From: Diadema antillarum
Lineage: Eukaryota
Length of the DNA stretch: 64,000 nt
Assembly (NCBI RefSeq): GCF_040938485.1
Contig: NW_027271546.1
Coordinates: 1-64,000 of the forward strand
Direction: 5' to 3'
In this document: positions 61,281-64,000 of the stretch, piece after piece
How positions within the stretch are numbered: position 1 is the first letter of the stretch
How the letters are laid out: every line of letters starts with the position of its first letter
Notes under the pieces: generated by a model
Databases searched by the model: none
Told to the model about the DNA's origin: nothing
The model's input: the letters and a program-made list of their open reading frames with translations, nothing else
Program-made: the position numbers and the translations under genes

Positions 61281-61364
61281 CCTGTTGAGGACAAGTCCCA
61301 AGTATACTTGGGCAGGTATCTATGGGAAATATGTTTTAAGCAAAATCAGCCGGTCCTCAACAGG
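61281..61364. mobile_element. piggyBac-like mini-MITE, copy C
   Basis: TTAA-CCTGTTGAGGAC...GTCCTCAACAGG-TTAA. Confidence 0.8.
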
Positions 61365-61684
61365 TTAATAACTGCCAGGATGGGTATGGTGCCAAGTTGT
61401 TTATCGAGGGACTTAATTTTGCCAAACCACTCTCACTTTTGATTTCTTTGCCAAACAGCTTTTTCTTACTGAGCTTTTTTTCTTTTTATTGAGTTTCTAA
61501 TAGGTTGTGTGTTTATTGTGTTTTGTGCTGTTGGGGATTTAGTGCTTTTCGTAAAGGATTAAAGGATTTCTAGTACCTTCTTTGTTAAAGGATAGCTGCT
61601 CAAACTTGCAAGCTGAAAGATCAAGAAAGACAAAAAAATAAATGTAAGATGAGAAAACATAGATTTTATCCTGTTCCAAACATT

Positions 61685-61754
61685 TTGATTTTGCTACAAC
61701 ACACATTTCCCATAGATGCTTGCCGGATTATACTCGGTACTCGTCCTCAACAGG
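61685..61754. mobile_element. piggyBac-like mini-MITE, copy D (inverted, partial)
   Basis: TGATTTTGCTACAAC...TTTCCCATAGA...GTCCTCAACAGG-TTAA. Confidence 0.65.
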
Positions 61755-63813
61755 TTAACTTACCATTACAACTCGTTTATCAGTTTCAGTCTCCATAAGC
61801 TCAGACGAGGTTTTCACCTTTCCTTCAATGATCAGGAAAGATATGTGCTTCAGGAGCAAAACAAAGACACAGGAAAAAAAAAAGAGAGTAAAGGTTCACC
61901 TATCAACATTGATTTGCTACATTTGTCCCATTCAGCAAAAGATGTTTTTACTGAGGTTGCTATATGTAGAAATCATGTTATTGGTTTCACTTAAGTGGTC
62001 AAAGCCTGTGAAAAGATGATGGAATACTGTGTTAGTGTTTGTGGCCAGTAATCTGTCTCACAGAAGGAAATTTTAAGTGCTGCTCACCATACCTAGGAGT
62101 TGGCTTTTTCAATCTTCTCCAGAGGAACAATGTTCACAATGTTCTTCAATTTGCTTGCAAATGTATCATCACACCGTGACAATTCTGCAGCAGTAATCTC
62201 TGTCTCTGAGTACCTTACACACAGCATTTCACTTGTTATCAGTATTGTTTTTTGGGGGTTTTTTTTCAGAAAAGTTGGCATAGTATTGGTCAATTTGTTG
62301 GCTTGATTTTATGGTATGAATCAGGGAAAAGTTGGTGTAAACCTTGATAACCAATTAGGATTGAAATACACGACTGAATGGTTCATCAATCTGCCGATGC
62401 TTTGAAAGAAAGAAGTTCCAAGCTTAGAGCGGCTAGTTTGTCTCATTCAAAGAGATTTTTTCATCATTGCACGGTTACTGATTACGACATTTGTAATGTT
62501 TTCATATTTTTGATATATTTTCATCATGAAAGATTTTAATTACTAGTTTCAAACAGTGATGGGTTCCTAAGGTGTGGTCCACATAAGTGATTGAGGACTG
62601 TCCGTGGAAGACTACTAATAAAGTATTCAGCAATTGGTTTGCTGTTTACATCGTCATGAAATGAAAGGAACAACAAATTTGGCTACCTACTGAACATGGT
62701 TCAGGAAGTAGGAAGTATTACTCAGCATAAACTCAAGTTTGTAGAAAATTGTCAGCATGAATCAAATGCACTACATGCCGTTAAGGAGGTTTAATATACA
62801 GCCGTGGATTGCGTTGTGTTATTTTCCAACTGCACTCTGAAAACTGTGCTTCTTAGGCACTTGAAAGTGACTAGAGAGGGTCGCTTGTACTGTATGAATG
62901 TATGATCTCGGTATGGCAGGCACTGTGCCATACTTTCTATGGGAATGTGATACGTCCTGTAACAAGTGGAATTAACGTTCACCAGCATGAGCTCGTGTTG
63001 CCATTTGCATATCAAGTTTCAACTGTGATAACAATAATTACATCTTATAAAAGGCTGCACAATGAACTATAGCCTTATGCGGGTAGATATAATATATAAT
63101 ACAATGTATCGTATAATATTGATACTGGTGATAGCATGCTGACATATTCTTAAAGATATTGAGCCAACTAATTCTCTTCTTCACATACAATGCAATCTAG
63201 AATAATAACAACTATACATATGTATGATATTTTTATGTGGGTGCTTAGACACTCTCACAAGTCGTGATATCTCTCTTTGGTTAAAGAATGTGTATTCCCA
63301 TGTGGTCTGTTCCTACTGAATTTTGTACAAAGTACCCTAATACATTAAGTGAGAGAGACACTTGTAGAAAGTGGTAGATGGCACTGCAATATATTGTACG
63401 CAACAGTAGATGAGCAAAGAGAAGAGTGTGGGAAGAATGACCTTTAACTATTTGTGGCTTTTGTAAATTGTAGACCTGGAATATGCTTTGTAGTATGTAC
63501 CAGATTATGGTGAATTTGAAAGAATTTGTCTTACAAATGAAATAAATGTGTACCATGCAAACCTTGAGTTGACTTGTATTCATTTGTCTGAATGATGATT
63601 TGAATACTGTAAATAATGTTGTGTTCTGGATGAAGTGGATAAAAAGCTCCTACATAAGTTACAAAGGATTGCATTCACCTGTCTGCCCTTATCAAAATTG
63701 ACACTACATGTACATGTACTACTGAGTATTCCTCACTGAGATTTGCCACAAGGTATTTTCAATGAACTTCATTTGTGAGAGACAAGTTCATTTCTTGTTT
63801 TGTTTTTGAGTTG

Positions 63814-64000
63814 TTTTTAGCTCACTTGATCCAAAGGCTCAAGTGAGCTATTGCGATCATTCGTCATCCAGCGTCCTTTCTATCATTGTCCGTTGTTTGT
63901 CGTGCTTTTTCTTTATTACGATGTTTTTCAATCACTCAACTTATTTTCGTGAGAATCGAAATGATTTCTTGGGGGTTCACTTTACTCCCTAGATTTACTT
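63814..64000 (+). mobile_element. Degenerate copy of the HINE-like element at 1-665
   Basis: TTTTTAGCTCACTTGATCCAAAGGCTCAAGTGAGCTATTGCGATC, the reverse complement of the terminus at 615-665. Confidence 0.75.

Overview
Eukaryotic, intron-rich invertebrate genomic DNA. It is probably a deuterostome such as an echinoderm, but the taxon cannot be proven from the sequence alone. There are two N-gaps (20275-20416 and 32267-32413). Splicing exons by hand with GT-AG sites and phase continuity gives three complete genes and one partial gene. (1) A MANSC1-like type-I membrane protein on the minus strand (6 coding exons, 17960-11950, 613 aa): signal peptide, MANSC domain, RVKR site, Ser/Thr mucin stalk, transmembrane helix and DYLINGIY tail. 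(2) A GM2-activator/ML-family lipid-transfer protein on the minus strand (4 coding exons, 28131-23450, 210 aa). It has a probable non-coding first exon behind a CLEAR-like E-box, a TATA box and an Inr at 31836-31908. (3) YEATS2 on the plus strand (17 coding exons, 36516-57423, 1639 aa). (4) A signal-peptide first exon (5187-5065, minus) resembling exon 1 of a lysosomal/prostatic-type acid phosphatase. The rest of the window is densely populated by non-autonomous DNA elements: TTAA piggyBac-like and Kolobok-like MITEs, TA Tc1/mariner-like MITEs, Helentron-associated HINE-like elements, a large AAAT-flanked foldback, short palindromes, a tRNA-derived SINE head and microsatellites. I found no transposase ORF, CRISPR array or prokaryotic-type system. 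The notable points are regulatory and RNA-structure hypotheses, not a demonstrated new system.
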